The notes under the pieces are model-generated. The model worked only from the letters and a program-made list of their open reading frames with translations, did not search any database and was not told the origin of the DNA. From Camelus ferus (Eukaryota): a stretch of DNA of 64,000 nt. Positions 11,351 to 26,599 of this stretch are shown here, piece by piece; position 1 is the first letter of the stretch, and the number at the start of each line of letters is the position of its first letter. A program made the position numbers and the translations under genes. The stretch spans positions 86,864,001-86,928,000 of the forward strand of contig NC_045697.1 in assembly GCF_009834535.1 (NCBI RefSeq), read 5' to 3'.

Positions 11351-14300
11351 AAGAGACCCTAATGGCAGCCAGTGGTCTCTGCAGAGGGGCAGACGCAGAG
11401 ACAGGAAGGTCCGTTGGGGTGCAAGAGGAATATATTAGAATTTCTATTTCTATTCGTTCTTGTTTTCTGTAATTTTAATTTTTTCCTCTATGTTACATAA
11501 TTTACATATATTAGTTTGGTAGGATATAAATATATTATTTTAGATAAGTAAATGTGCATATATTGAGTCATATGATCAGAGAAGTTTGAAGACCATCTAT
11601 CTAGGAGCTAATGGTGACGCAAATAACATGTGGTCTGTTTTGATGGAGTAGAAAGTGACCTAGGAGGAAATATTCACTAAAGGGTGAAAAGCAGATGAAT
11701 TTTGGTTAGCTCTATCTTCTTCTGTAGGTAAAAACATTGAGACTTTGCAAAAATGTAATATATTTTAGTGACATTCCCTCAAACATTTTGAAATACTTTT
11801 CAATGAGCCATTCTAAAAAATCTAGTTTTTTTGTTACTTTGAATGAGTTTTCGCCTGTCACCACATAGCAATATTTTTTCCTGGAGCTTTTTAAGACAGT
11901 GTGGGTCTTTATTCAGACTAGAGAATTTATTAACCCTTTTAGGTTGACTCCTCGGGTAACACAGTCCATGGTGTACAAAGCAGCAGGCCTGCCAGTTTGC
12001 CTGTGTTGCTTGTGGTCTCACTTCCAGGCTCTTCCATCATGTCGTACAAGCCCTTATTTTGCATCTGACTGTATCCTTGACCAATTTTATTGCATGTTCT
12101 GGCACCTCTATTCTTCCTAAATACTTTTATCTCTCTCCTCAGAGCCAGCCCCTTTCTTTTTATCTTTAACCATGGCTTGTCTTTTCCTCTTCCCCTATTC
12201 ACACTTCCATCCTGGTTTTTTTTTGTTTGTTTTTTTTTTAAATATGTTAATGATTCTTTCCATTATTCTTTCGGAACATTTTTAGAAGAAACCCTTGGTC
12301 TCTTTTCCCCTAACACACCAAGGTAACCATTATTAATATTTGGGGCATGGTTTTCCCAGGCCCCTCTGTGTGGGGACAGAGAGATATGTTCCTTATAATT
12401 TCTAAGTGGAATCATATGAAACACACTGCCATATAACCTACTTCTCTGAAGTGTTCTATTAAAAAACTTCCTCCAGTATCATTAAATAGAGTTCAGTAAT
12501 TTCAATGGCATCATATTATTCCAGCTCAATAACCTACTATAATTTATTTAACACATATCCTAGCAGACATTTGGTTCAGTTCCAGCTTGGGTGCTATTAT
12601 AAACAAGGCTATAAAAAGTGTATTTATAGCTGAATCTTTACTCTCTATGGTTGTATCATTTGAATAATTCTTAATGATGGACATTGGATCAATAGGTAGG
12701 TGGACTTTTTAGCTTTTCTTACATATTTTTGCCGAATTGTTCTTCTAAAAGGCTCTATAAATGAAAGTGTCAATTCACAGCAATTGTCAATATGAGTATT
12801 CTTATTAAAATTTTGTTTAACTAATTTGGGTGAAGATGCAATCTCATCGTAGTTAACCCTTCTTTGATTATTAGTGAGGAAGAAAGAACAGTGATTTTTT
12901 TTCTTTGTATTATTTAATGTTTGTAAGATACCTATATATTTTCTTTTGATTTTCTTCCTCGGGTGTTATGTTTAGAAAGGTCTTCCCAATGCCAAGATTA
13001 TGTTATAATCACCGGTATAGACTTCCAGTAATTTTAAGGTCTTATTCATCGTTTACATTTAAATATTTAATGCCTCTGGAATTTATTTTTGTAGATGATA
13101 TAAGACTCTAAAGGAAAGTTTTCTAAATGGTTATCCAGTTGTCCCAACCTCATTATAGGGTTTTCGTTGTCCACTCAGGTATTTCTTAGCGGTGAGGATG
13201 AAATACCAACAGAAAAAGAGACACCATGTTCTCAGTTGCTATGAAACATTTTCATGCCTTTCTGACTGTGCGTTCATCCTGTTCAGTGTTCTATCATTTG
13301 TTTTTGCCACTGTAGCACCATACACTACTGAAAAAAAAAATACATGGTAGAAACTTGTCCTAACAGTGATGAGAATGACTGTGCTCGATTGAGAGCTACT
13401 CTCCCAAAGAAGTGTTTTAAAACACAGTTTTCTTCTTAAGGGTCATCAGATCTTTACTCTGAAAAACCTAAAAGATTTCTTCTTTCTTTTGACCTGTAGG
13501 TGGCAAACTTCCACTCTTATGCTCTTTTAAATCTTTGACCTGCCTGTTTAAAGTCCACAAAAAGAAAGGTGAGATTATTTCAGTGTGAGTTAGCATAAAT
13601 ATAAAGGTAAGGAGATTTAAAGTAAAAGGACAGTAAAAATAAAAGGCAGTTGCTTTTAATTATTATATGTTTTGAGATGGTCAGTGGAGAACAGTCAGAG
13701 TCCCAGCTCCGCTGTCAACTAGCTGTGACTTGGGAAGGTGATTCAAGTTCTCTAGCCTCTGTGATTTCAAGTCTAAATCACAAAGTTGAATGAGCTCATC
13801 CCTGTTATACTTTCCAGCTCTCCATGTTATGATTCTTGTTACAAATTTAAATCTCTGACCAATTTTGAATGATGGTGAAACTTATTTGAAAAGGGGTCAA
13901 AATGTCCAAAATTGCTCCTTAAAAGATGATAATAAGGACAGACTTTAAAATTGATCAGAAAAAAATTTTAGTACATGATGGTTAAAACATTGGGGCTTCA
14001 AAAATTGGCCAATTATACATTCAGACCATTATAATGACTTATTTTATTACAAACCAGGAGTAATACAATAGAGAGAGATAACTTTTTTCAATGATAAGAA
14101 AAGAATTTAGATCTATTGTCAGTGCAGCCATATCAGTAGGTTATAATGGGTTCAAAAGTAGAATATAAAAAATAAATCTGCAAGGAATCATAATGTAAAA
14201 TATAAAACCCAAAGAAGCTAGAATAGTATATGTAAATATATATATATAAATGTACTATTTTATATGTATGTATTTTATAATAAAAAATGTAATGTTTTAC

Positions 14301-14569
14301 ATATAAAATATATGGTAGTATATGTAAATATATGGGAGATAAATTAGTGGCTATTAAAAAAAGAGAAGAAAGTTTTAAACACAACATACATTTTTCTATA
14401 CTACAAGAATAAAAACATTTTCAAGTGACAAGAGCTCAATGTTACATACCATGAAAAGCTCACTGTTTTAAATGTATGAATATATATCCGGGCAGCAGTT
14501 GGGGTCCCCCTAACTTAAATCTAGTAACTCTGATATCAGAAAGCCCTCTGAGAATTTTATTGTGCCCCC

Positions 14570-14571
<2 letters not shown>

Positions 14572-14616
<45 letters not shown>
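14572..14616. repeat. (CA)n microsatellite
   Basis: ~22 perfect CA units. Confidence 0.95.
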
Positions 14617-14618
<2 letters not shown>

Positions 14619-15679
14619 CCATCTACTTCTCCCTGTCTTTCTTTTCCTCTCACCACCCTTATCTTCTCCAGTCTTAGTGTCTACAGCTAATCCCCTCATT
14701 CATATTAAGCTCTTTATGGATTTTTAAAGTATTTTATTAAAGATCTGAGGAAGTTACAGGGAGGCCAGTTCAGAATGTGGAGTGCTGGCCTCTCGCTGTT
14801 TCCTCATTACACCCTCCTTTCCTGCTTTTCCTCTCTCATCTGCCCTCCTCTTCCTTCAATAAAATCATCCCTAGTTTCAAGAAGAGTTCTTCCTATAGTT
14901 ATCCTCAACTACAAACTCCCATTTGCCAAAAAGGACAGTTTTCCCTAAAAGGCGTATTAGTAAATAAAATTTCCTCCATCTAATTTCACCTATTAGGTTG
15001 GCATTTAAATTCCACTTAAAAAGGGGGAAATGAGTTACACGTAGTAAATGCACAGCTTGCTCCTACAGTGCCGTACACAGCAGAGCCACTTTAAAGCAAC
15101 ATTTTGCATACTAGTTAGAGTAGAAAATGTATGAAAGATAAAACTCAGTGTTGGGGAGCGTGTGGGAAAGTGTGCATTTATATACATTGCTGGAGAGAAT
15201 GCAAATTGGCTTAACTTTAAATTGTTCTCCTACAAAAATGTTAATAGTAGTATTATGAAAAATGGAAACAAGCCAAATATTCCACAATGGAGAATATTTA
15301 GACAAATATGTTAATATGATGGAATGAATAGTGGACTACTTTTACTTCAACACATAAACAAGTTTATAAATAGTGATAAATTAAAAACAGAACTCAAGAT
15401 AATATTAACTTTATAGCTATGTGAAAATAGTAACAATGATTGGAAACCTGAAGAATGTAAATAATTTCAATTCTAACTACTAGTCATAATTATTCTGTCT
15501 TGTATTATATCTTTCAATACACTAAGACCAATTTATTCAAGTCTATTTGAGTTGATTCTAATAGTTTGAACCATCTCCCAGAGATTTTCTTCCTTTTAAT
15601 ATTGCTGTAAGTCAGATTTTTTAATGCATTAGTTGAATATAGGAATAAATTAGATACCTTCAAAAGTTTGTTAGTGTGT

Positions 15680-16050
15680 GACAGTCTAAAAAATTTCTGA
15701 CCAGCACTGCTCAGAACTATCTAGGTTGTGACAAAACAAGAAAAGTCTGAGAAATAGGCATAGAGGAGCCCAAGGAGACATGAGGACCGAAAGTAATGTG
15801 TGGTCCTGGCCGGGGTCCTGGAACAGAAAGAGGACATTGGTAAAAGTTCAGGAAATGAGAATGAAATTTGGACTCTAATGAATAATTATGTATCAATACT
15901 GGCTTATTAATTGTGATAAATGTACCATCCTAAAATAGGATGTTAATTATAAGAGAAACTAGATGCAGGCTATATGGGAATTCTCTGGGCTCTTTTCACA
16001 ATTTTTCTGTACGTCTAAACTATCCTAAAATTAAATTTTTATTTAAAAAA
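15680..16050 (+). mobile_element. Old L1 (L1MC-like) 3' end
   Basis: gtcctggaacagaaagaggacattgg...ttaattgtgataaatgtaccat...A-rich end. Confidence 0.65.
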
Positions 16051-18145
16051 TATATTAGTACATTCGGACAACGTTAACACCATCAGTAACGAAAGGTACC
16101 CTTCAGTAAAGAGAATGGTACATTATTAAGAGCTGAGGATGTAGAAAGTACTAGACAAACCACTGTCCTTGTCCCGGGGGTATATGAGCTGTCTCCAACA
16201 GTGATAGGAACATATTCCAAGGGCACGACGCAAACTCTAGTTTCTAACAAAATGTTTTTACTTACCAATCTGTAAAGTTGTTACTATTACACTACAATAT
16301 GTAATGAAGTCTATTCATATTATTTTGAGGATTCTTTTCCTTTTCTGAAAATTGTTTTTCCTTTTCCATTCTGTCTGCCATTTTTCTTGGCAATTGCATT
16401 TTTAAAATGTATTTTTAAATTTAAAACGTGTAAAACATTTTAAAACATTTAAAAAATTAAAAATTTTAACTTTTAAAAAATTTCCCAATGTGTTTGTCTG
16501 GTGATGTGAAGAAGATTCTTTGTATACTGTTCACTACCAATGAGAAGCAAATTGGCAGTTTCAGTCTGTTGACAACATTGAGACTGGTTTGATGTCTAAA
16601 AAAAGTAGACCTGTTTTCCGGTGTTAACCTCAGAGTGGGAGGTGGAAAAGGCTACTTCCCAATAGGTTTCCATTTTGGACTAGTATGAAAACAAAAGACA
16701 TGAGGCCAATGTAGTACATTTTCTTCTCATCCCTCTAACTAAATTATACATTAACACAGTTTCTTTTTAATGCATTAAAAATGTTTTAAACTAGCATTTG
16801 TGTTTTCTTATTTAAAGCAGTAGAAACCTCTGTTAATGAAGTCATTTATTTTCTTAGAAATAATTATTGGTTTCCTGCAGCATTTCTGAAACTGTCTTGT
16901 AAGAAGCACATGGGCCACTTGTCAAAATGCAGATTTCCAGACCCTACTCTCTCAAGATTCTAATTCAGTATGCCTCAGGCCCAGGGGATTGTGTCTTTTT
17001 AACTAGAGCCTACTTCTAGTCAGGTTAAAACTTCTAATTAGTTGTTTGTAGTAGTTCTTAACCCTGGCTACACGACAGAATCATCTGGAAAAATTTTGAA
17101 ACTACTAATGCCCCAGCCTACCCTTTCTGTACCCTCAGATGGTCATTTGTTTGTTTGGGATGGGCCTACACATCTGATTTTTAACTCTCCCTGGTTGATA
17201 CTAGTGTGCAGCCGGGTTGAAACCACTAGTCTTGTGTATGGAACCAAAATTAATTAGAAAAACCTGTGCTTCACTCCCCTAGGCTCTATTCAAAAAGGTA
17301 CTGGCTACTTAACACAGTAAGTATATGGATCTCACAAGCAGAACACTGAACAAAAGACAACTAACAGGAACAGGGTGTGTGGCAGGGGGCCGAGGGGGCC
17401 AGGATGGGGCAGGGGCGGTGGTGGTGGAAACGCTGTGGAATTAGATGGTAGTGACAGTTCCACAAAGTAAAGAATATAGTAAAAAGCAAAAACAAAAGCA
17501 AACACTGAAGTGTACACTTTAAAGTGGTGAATTTTATGTTGTGTGACTTGTATCTCAATTTATAAATAGACTAACAAAGAGAGAGTAGAGGGTTTAGCCA
17601 TTTCTGTAAATTTCAAAAACAGGCATGTCTAAATGAAAGCATTAGAAGTCAGGTCAATGGTTATCTTTGGGGGAGGCAGAAGGAGTAGTGTGACAGGCAA
17701 GGAGGAGAAGGAGTGGCCTGGAGTGCTGGCAGGGTTCTTATTTCATGACGTGGGTGGTGATTACCGGGGAGAATTCACTTTGTGATCGTTCATTTTTGTG
17801 CTGTGTATTTATGATATGTGGTTTGGGAAAACTGAGTTGTCAAGAGATGTTTAAAAGATATTCAGGTTCCTCCACTGGAGAATGCAGGGAAGACTGAGAA
17901 TCTATCTCAGCCTATGAGAAAAGCAAGGCTGATGGGACAGAAAGATAACATTTGACAGCAGAGGTCATTTAATATTAGAATTGTTTACCAAAGATGCTAT
18001 AGAATCTCTGTCCTCAGAACTCTCTGAAAATCGGCCTTGCTGTAAAATCAGTTCTATTTGGGGGTGGCATCTTGTATTAACTGGCTAGATAATATTTTGA
18101 AACAATCCAGTTCTTTGAGTCTACCTTTGGTTTATATTTACTTTT

Positions 18146-18270
18146 GGAGGAGGGGGGGAGTTAATTAGGTTTGTTTATTTATTTATTTTAACAGAGGTAC
18201 TGGGGATTGAACCCAGGACCTCCTGTGTGCTAAGCATGCATGCTACCACTTGTGCTATAACTTACCCCGC
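18146..18270 (-). mobile_element. tRNA-Ala-derived camelid-type SINE (vic-1-like)
   Basis: Reverse complement of the tRNA-like head (gaggtactggggattgaacccaggacctc...gctaagcatg); TSD tatatttactttt / tatgtttactttt. Confidence 0.85.
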
Positions 18271-19949
18271 TATGTTTACTTTTTATTCTGGGAAATTTGA
18301 ACTCCTATAACAGGATACATTTTTAGTTACAGCAAACCTTGTAATCTGTTTCACCAGTTATCAAACTGAAATTCCCCACGTTCAGTTTAATTTTCTTCCA
18401 TTTGTATTGTGGCAAATAATTTTTTTTTAATTGCTATTGGTATGCTGACAAGCCTAGACTCTCCTTCCTTTCTATTTTGCTTATTGCTTTTCCAGGCTCT
18501 ATGAATTTGGTTGTTTTCCACATTCTTTTTTCGTATCCTCCAGAGTTTTATACCTCTTTTTGTATTTCTTTAGTGCTACTCATACTTCTAAGACTTTTAG
18601 TTTCCAGAAATGACTACAGTATTGTGAGGTTCTGGAAAATGTTCACTTCTTTTTGCAATAATGTTTATGGGCTAAAACCGTATGGTTCAACACTGACTCG
18701 CCTGGCTCCAGGGTTACATCTTTAGAATTGAGTCAGTTTAGCATTGCCACTGGATTTCATAAGCTCTGTTTACATGCAATCTACTTCCTTTGAAATCTGC
18801 TCAAAAATTTCCAGAACTCCTTATTCTATTAGCTACTTGTAGACTGTGCCTTCATCTTCCTACATCTAACGCTTTATTTATTTTACAAGAAAACAAACAT
18901 CATTTTAAATTTGCTTTGTTCTTAGTTGGTCTAATCTCCCTGAGGACATCACCATATTGTAAACACTCATAATATTAGCCAGATTCAGAGATAATGAGAA
19001 TTTTTTCCTAACCCTTAATTTTTCTGATTGTTTCTTCATTGATTGACAAATCCTATGTCAACTCTTTATTAATGCTGTTATTTGTTTTCACTTAAGGAAA
19101 ATAAAATCACGGAAAGAAGAGTACATCTTGTTTCTTAGCTACTAACCAGATATATATAAAACATCTATTTAAATATATATATATACATATAAATATTTCC
19201 CTTTATTGAGGACCAAATCCCTGTGGTAGCCATAGATAACTTTCTAGCTGGAAGGAATTATACAGATTCTTTCCTCCTCTGATCTCTTCATTGATAGATA
19301 AAGAAACTGAGGCCCAGAGAAATCCATATAGTTAGTTGCCAATAAAGCCATTTTTCTTCCACAATTCTGTTTTCTTCCACAATTTTTTAAAATTTAATTT
19401 GTGTCTTCTTTTCAATATTTTAACATGTGGGCACACTGAACCATTGTGGCTTTTTTTTTCCTCCTGTTTAATTTCTTTAAAACTTTTTGTTAATCATTTA
19501 GCTCCTTTTTGGTACCAGATGTTCAAGCTAACTATTTCAGCACCATTTAATACATTATTATATATATTAGCACAACTTGAACTTCCTCAGAGCAAAACAT
19601 TCTTCTTTGTTACTGTTGGTTTTTCATATATTGTTTTTCCTCCACCTTACTGAATTTTCCAAATGTAACTACTCCAAGAAAAGATCCATCCATTCACATT
19701 CTCATATTCTATTTCCTTTTTTAGATACCCATTGGATAATAACAGCTGACAGATATTGAACACCATGTTGATTGTTCCCATTTTACTGACAAGATAACTG
19801 AGGCACAGAGATGTTCATCATGGCAGAGTGGGATGAGACTTAGGCTTCCCTATTCCAGATCTAGTATTTAATTTTTATGTATTCCCTTAACAAATTCAAC
19901 TTTTATGTATTTCATGATGCTCATTATGTACTTACCTATAGAACTTGTG

Positions 19950-20542
19950 TATAATTTATAAATTTAGAAAGGTAAAGAATTCTCCTCATCTAAAGAGAGG
20001 CCTGGCCTTTTCCCTCAGCTCCCAGGAGATGATCTCTGAGCCTTTGGAATGTCCTGTCTGATAAGAGTGTCTGTGTTTACCTGGGGACCTCAGGCTACAC
20101 TGGATAGTTTAACAATGTGACTTATGGTAAGGACTTTCAGTCAAGTAGTATCCGCTTGACCTCCAAAGGGTCTGGACGCTAAAGGCATGGCCAAGCCCCA
20201 GTAAAACTCTGGACACCAAGGCTCAGGTGAACTTCCTAGTTGGCAGTACTCCAGTGTAATGTCACCCATCGTCAGAAGTTAGTGCCGTTTTTGACTCTAC
20301 CAGGAGAGGACAATTGGAAGTTCTATCCATGGTTCCCTCCTAGATTCTGCCCTATATGCCTCTTCCCTTAGCTCTTTTTAATTTGTACCCTTTCTCTGTA
20401 ATAACTCATAACTGTGAGTATAACAGCTTTCAGTGAGATCTACAAGTTCTTCTAGTGAATCATCAAACCTGAGAGAGGTCGTGGGGACTACCTGAACTTG
20501 CAGTTGTTGTCAGAAGTGACTGTGGTCCTGGGGACCCCCAAA
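19950..20542 (+). mobile_element. MER21-like LTR
   Basis: aggcctggccttttccctcagctcc...ccccagtaaaactctggacacc...gttcttctagtgaatcatcaaacctgag. Confidence 0.65.
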
Positions 20543-21099
20543 CATGGGATTAGAACAGTTTGGAGCCCATTAGTCTAGTCCAGATAAGCAGAAATTATTT
20601 ATTTTCTTCTTAAAGTTCTATGGAGATGTAAATTTCTTCAACGATCTATATTATGCTGTTGGTAGGAATGTAAAGTCACTTAACGGCAGTTATCAATAAA
20701 GGTGAAATTTCACCTGCACTAAAAGTATGAGCCTGTTTCCTTTTTTAAAAATCTCCTTTGGTTATTTTGTTCTTATCTTCCTGGTTCTTTGGACTGTGTT
20801 AAAAATTCTTGAAGGCTCCATCCCTCTAAAACTTTTTCCTGGCTGATCCCATAGACTCAAAGGCCCCTGAAGGCTGAGACTACAATTTATATTTTTAGTC
20901 CCAACACATAATACAGTGCCTGAGTTTCCTTTGTTAGGAGAAAGAACAAAATCATGTCTCTAATGCAGAGACAGTATTAGAGAAGAAGGCTGATTTCTAG
21001 TCCCTGGTTTTTCATTTGATTTGTCAACAGTGAGCAAGTTACTTACCTTCTCTGAACCTCAGTTTCATCATCTGTTGAGCAAAGAATATGGCGCTCTTT

Positions 21100-21297
21100 T
21101 TTTTTTAACCTTTTTTTAAATTGAGTTATAGTCATTTTATAATGTTGTGTCAAATTCCAGTGTAGAGCACAATTTTTCAGTTATACATGAACATACATAC
21201 ATTCATTATCACATTCTCTTTTGCTGTGAGCCACCACAAGATCCTGTATATATTTCCCTGTGCTACACAGTACAATCTTGTTTATCTATTCTACATT
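21100..21297 (-). mobile_element. Short L1 3'-end fragment (lineage-specific)
   Basis: Poly-T followed by tcaaattccagtgtagagcac..., nearly the same as the 3' end of the L1 at 37840. Confidence 0.75.
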
Positions 21298-22195
21298 TTC
21301 TTTTCAAGTGAACTCTTACAACAGAAGCCCAGTTGAAGCCCGAACAGATTGGAGAAGCTATGGGAAGGCCCCTGGGCCCTCTCCTGCTCAAAGTCTCCCC
21401 TCAAACTCCCTGTTGTTCCCCCAAAGCCCTGCGGGGTCCTGTGGCTCTTTAGAACAGCACCAGAAACTCCCTGGGATAGACAGTTTCTCTCGTCCTCTTA
21501 GGCTCTAAAACGCTGTATTTCAAAAGCGTTATCAAAATTTTTTTTTATAGTATTATCACCCCAAATGTTATTTAACAACTGTGGAAATTTTGTTGGACTC
21601 ATAGTTTTGCTTTGTATTTTTAACATGATGTTTACATTGTAAAACAGATTGAAGTGGAACTCTTAAAGAGGTGGAACAAAGGACAAAGTAAATTGGAAGC
21701 CAAATTTGTCTTTTTCCTTCTTCTTTTCCAACTTAAGTCCAGTAACACTAAACAGATGGTGAGTAGTTAACAAGGCCAAAAACCTTCGATGACATGGGTG
21801 CTTCATTTTGTCAGGAGGCTGCCATTCTTGGTCTGCTGAGAAAAGAAGAAATCGTTACATGAGAGGCAGTTATGCAAAGCTGAGTACTGAGCTTTCTAAA
21901 TGCTTTGGAAATTGTTTTGCAGTTAATCTTAAAGCTCATTGATAAAACCCAAACTTGGATTGAGAAAGAACAACATTTTGTATTGTAACTACAATAAAAA
22001 TTTACATAGAACTTAATTTCATTTAAATCTTACAACTTCATGAGCAGAGTATTAGTATATTGTCATTAATAATACTAAGAAGTTCAATATATTTACTATT
22101 ATTGTGATCAGTAATATATTTGAACTTACATTCACTATCTTTTCTGTGTTTATTCACCATGCATTTTCTTTACTTCTTGTTTTCTTCTCCCCTCC

Positions 22196-23851
22196 TTTTT
22201 TTTATTGAGGTACAATTGATGTACAATATTATGTAAATTTCAGGTAGACAACATAGTGAGTCACAATTTCTAAAGGTTATATTCCATTTACATTTATTAT
22301 AAAATATTGGCTCTATTCCCTGTGTTGTACTATACATCCTTGTAGCTTCTTTATTTTATACATAGTAGTTTGTTCCTCTTAATCCCCTACTCCTATCTTG
22401 ACCCTCCTCCTTCCCCTCTTCCCACTTGTAACCACTAGTTTTTTTCTCTATATTAGTGTATCTGCTTCTTTTTTGTTATTTTCACTAGTTAGTTTTATTT
22501 TTTAGACTCTACATTCAAGTGATTATTATATACTATTTGCCTTTCTCTGTCTGAGTTATTTCACTTAGCATAATACCCTCCACATCCATCCATGTTGTTG
22601 CAAAGGGCAAAATTTCATTCTTATGGCTGAGTAGTATTCCACTAGATATATATACCACATCTTTATCCATTCATCTGTCGGTGGACACTTAGGTTGCTTC
22701 CATATCTCAGTGATTGTAAATAATGTTGCTATGAACATTGGGGTGTGTGTATCTTTTGGAATTACTGTTTTGGGGTTTTTTTGGGTGAATATCCAAGAGT
22801 GGAATTGCTGGATCATATGGTAGTTCTATTGTTAGTTTTTTGAGAAACCTCCATACTGTTTTCCATAGTGGTTGCTCCAATTTGCATTCTCACCAACAGT
22901 GTAAACGGGTTTACATCCTTGCCAACATTTGTTATTTGTGGTCTTTTTGATGATAGCCATCCTGACAGGTGTGAGGTGATACCTCATTGTGATTTTGATT
23001 TGCATTTCTCTGATGAGTAACGATGTTGAGTGTCTTTTCATGTGTCTGTTGGCCATCTGTATGTTTTATTTGGAAAAATGATTATTCAGGTCTACTGCCC
23101 ATTTTTCAATGGGGTTGTTTTTTTTGATGTTGAGTTGGATAAGCTGTTTATATATTTTTTTGATATTAATCCCTTATTGGTCATATCATTTGCAAATGTT
23201 TTCTCCCATTCAGTAGGTCATCTTTTTGTTTTGTTGATGGTTTCATCTGCTGTGAAAAAGCTTTTAAGTTTAATTAGGTCCCATTTGTTTATTTTGTCTT
23301 TTATTTCCTTTGCTTTAGGAGACAGATCTTTGACAATTTATGCAAAGAGTGTTCTGCCTATATTTTCCTCCAGGAGTTTTATAGTGTTCAGTCTTACATT
23401 CAGGTCTTTAATTCATTTTGAATTTATTTTTGTATATCATATTCTAATTTTATTCTTTGGAATGTAGCTGTCCAGTTTTCCAAGCACCACTTATTGAAGA
23501 GACTGCTTTTCTCCATTGTATATTCTTAACTCTTTTATCATAGGCTAATTGACCATAAATGTGCATTTACTTTTGGGCTCTCTATTCTGTTCTATTGATC
23601 TGTGTATCTGTTTTTATGCCAGTACCACAACATTACTATAGCTTTGTAGTATAGTCTGAAGTCAGAGAGAGTAATTTCTCCAGTTCTCTTCCTCTTTCTT
23701 AAGACTTTTTGGCTGTTTGAGGTCTTTTATGTTTCCATACAAATTTTAAAATTTTTTGTTCCAGTTCTGTGAAAAATGCTCTCAGTAATTTGATAGGGGT
23801 TGCACTGAATCTATAGATTGCCTTGGGTAGTATGGTCATTTTAACAGTATT
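22196..23851 (-). mobile_element. 5'-truncated L1 (ORF2 C-terminal part plus 3' UTR), frameshifted
   Basis: Minus-strand translations HTPMFIATLFTITEIWKQPKCP and [21 protein letters not shown] are L1 ORF2 C-terminus. Confidence 0.93.
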
Positions 23852-26599
23852 CTTGCTTTCTTCTTTACGGTTACTGCTATTCTTTATTGTCTATTATCTA
23901 CTAGACAAGAGGAAGGTTAACATATTATTTCTATTCTTTTGAGTGGTTACTCTTAACTTTTAATGTGCAAATTTAAGTTAATAAAATTTGACTGATACAT
24001 AATCCTTTGACAAACAAGCAAATATCCTTAATATGCAATTGGCTTTCTTCCATACTTATCCCTGAATAGATGTCTGGGGTTTCTGGGCCCCATTTTATGG
24101 CTGAAAGATCATTCCTGAGCCTTTCAGACCCCTCGGTTTACGAAGGAACCTCCGTCCAGCACCTAACATGCGTGGGGCCATACATAACTTCTTCCTCCTG
24201 TTATTAGAAATCCCCAGTCCTTTAGTTGTACATCTTGTTCTAATGCCCTTGTGAGTGTTTTTAGCTCTCACTCCCTCTCTACATCTTAGCTTCCTTTTTT
24301 ATCTTTATTTCACTGTTTGGATAGTTCCCTTTCTTATATTCAAGGCTGTTTGAAAACTTTGTGGAACAAGTAGATCACCATTATTGGTCCAGTCCACCAT
24401 AATAACTGGAAAGCCTCAGAGGCACTTTGCTAACTCCTTTCAGATGTGGAAGCAAGCATGGAGAAGTTATGACTAGCCTATGCTACTTTTGAAAAAGGAT
24501 AAGCACATTTTACTTCAGATCTTATAACTCCAAGTCCAATATTATTCCCATAATGTTGGGGTTCTTCCTTTTCCCCCTCCTCCTTCCTTGTCCCCTTAAG
24601 TCATTCCTAGATTCCCATTGACTCATAGCACACCAGTCTCATTTCACTCTTCCAAACAAAGTCCTGTGCGTCATTATGGTCCCAGAAGCTTTAGCCCTGT
24701 TTTAACCAGGATAAAATTTTAGAGCCATGTTAAGCACTTCTTTCTAAGCCTGTATCGGGGAACAACTAGAGCACTAAGGCCTTAGACGAATCATGAATAT
24801 TGAAGCTTACTTTAGTCCTCTGGCTTTCCCCTCTCATAGCCTGATACAAAGCCCTGTGAACCTTGCTCCTTTTATTCACAAGTCCACACCTTGCTTTTAC
24901 CCTCACAAATAAGAACCAGTCTCTGGACTCCTGTGAACCATGCATGGGAGAGTTTGCATTCATAGTCATCTATATCATTGGCTTTTAAAAAATTACAATC
25001 TATGCCATTTTTTAAAGTACATTCTTTCTTTGAAGAATTATTCTCATCTTCACTATAACAAATATTTCCACTGCCTCAGCTCACACTATTCCAACATGTA
25101 TCTTCATGTTCACTATTCATTCCCTGTACATTTTTTTGAGTGTTATTCTGTGCTAAGCCCTAGAATCACAAAGATGAGGGAGGAAGTAATTACACAGGAA
25201 ATCAGTGCTGCCATAGTCACATGCAGATGATGCTATGGATCTGTAAGGAAGGAACATTTACTCTCTTGGAGATGGGAAGGGCAGGGATAGAAAGAGGCAG
25301 CAGCACATGCAAAGGCATCAAAGTCAGGGTAGCTTTGGGAGCCAGCAAGTCTGTCTGGGGCTGGGGATCTAAGATAGGAAGGAAGACTGGCAGAGAGGAA
25401 CCCGGGGGTGCTGTATGCCCCAGGTACAGGCATTTATGTTTCGTTTCTGAAGTACTGGGCAGCCTTGGAATAATTTTAAGCAGAGAAATGGATTAAAGTA
25501 GAGAAAGCTGGACTAAAGGTGACGCATGGGATAATGGTAACGCCTGGCTTGTGGTTGGCACTCAGTGAATGGACGTCAGTTAAATTGTTCTGTTTTCATT
25601 CATGGATGACTGCCCCATCCTCATATTGGCCTGCACACACTTAAAACTCCAACTGTGGAAGAATGAATGATGTCTGTGTCACGTAGAAACGAGTTTGGCT
25701 AGACCACTTTCATGCTAACATTCCACATACTCTAATAGCCTCTTGTGAAAACGGGCTCGTTTAGTTTGCTATTTGCTTGGGGCTGAGGAGCACTCCGTGT
25801 GCCCAGAGTGGGCAGAATCCTTGCTGAGGTTTTGAACTCAGGATGTGTTCACAGGTACTTTTTGGTTACTCAGAACCTCTGTTATTTTATTTAAAATCAG
25901 TTCTTTGCTTTTCTTCTTACTCCTTCTAATGCCCACTCGTTTATCTTTTAAGGACTCTATTCATATTCAGATAGTGAGAAGAATGAAAGAAGAAAACAAG
26001 CTAATTTGTATAAACACTTCTGGAGTAGGAATTTTCACTGTAAGTTTCCCTAAATTCTATGTGTTTCCCCAAAGACTTTAATATCAAAAGTGTATTTATG
26101 CACTTCTGAGAATCAAGTTCTTTTGTAGAGAAAATATGTTTCACCTAAATTTTGTTTATATGGAAAAATATTTACATAGTTGAGAAATTAAATTCCCATT
26201 ATTACTGATTTATTTTTCTGACTTTTTTTTTCCTTTGTGGAGAGTTAACAATGACCCAAAAAAAGAGAACTCATGAATTTTGTCTTAAATATTTCAACCA
26301 CTTGAAACAATTTACACCAAGTATCTGTCTACATTTTCACTGACATATGAGTTAATGTTTCACATATTTGCTGTACCTTTTCATCTGTGCCATCCCTGGC
26401 TATCTTTTCAAAGCATAGGTTTTTCATTTATTGAGATACATTTACTGATGGTACAAATGAACTTGTAAAGGTTGGTTAGGGGCTTGGATGACAAATAATT
26501 GAAATGTTTCCATGTGTTCATTACTGAAGATGAAACTTGGGATAGGGTGGGAAGCAGAGATTTACCTTATGATATATATATGTATATATTAAATTTCTA

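Noticed and set aside
23030..23467. 145-aa hydrophobic ORF, and similar ORFs at 38648-39207
   Set aside because: Antisense translations of A-rich L1 ORF2, a common artefact
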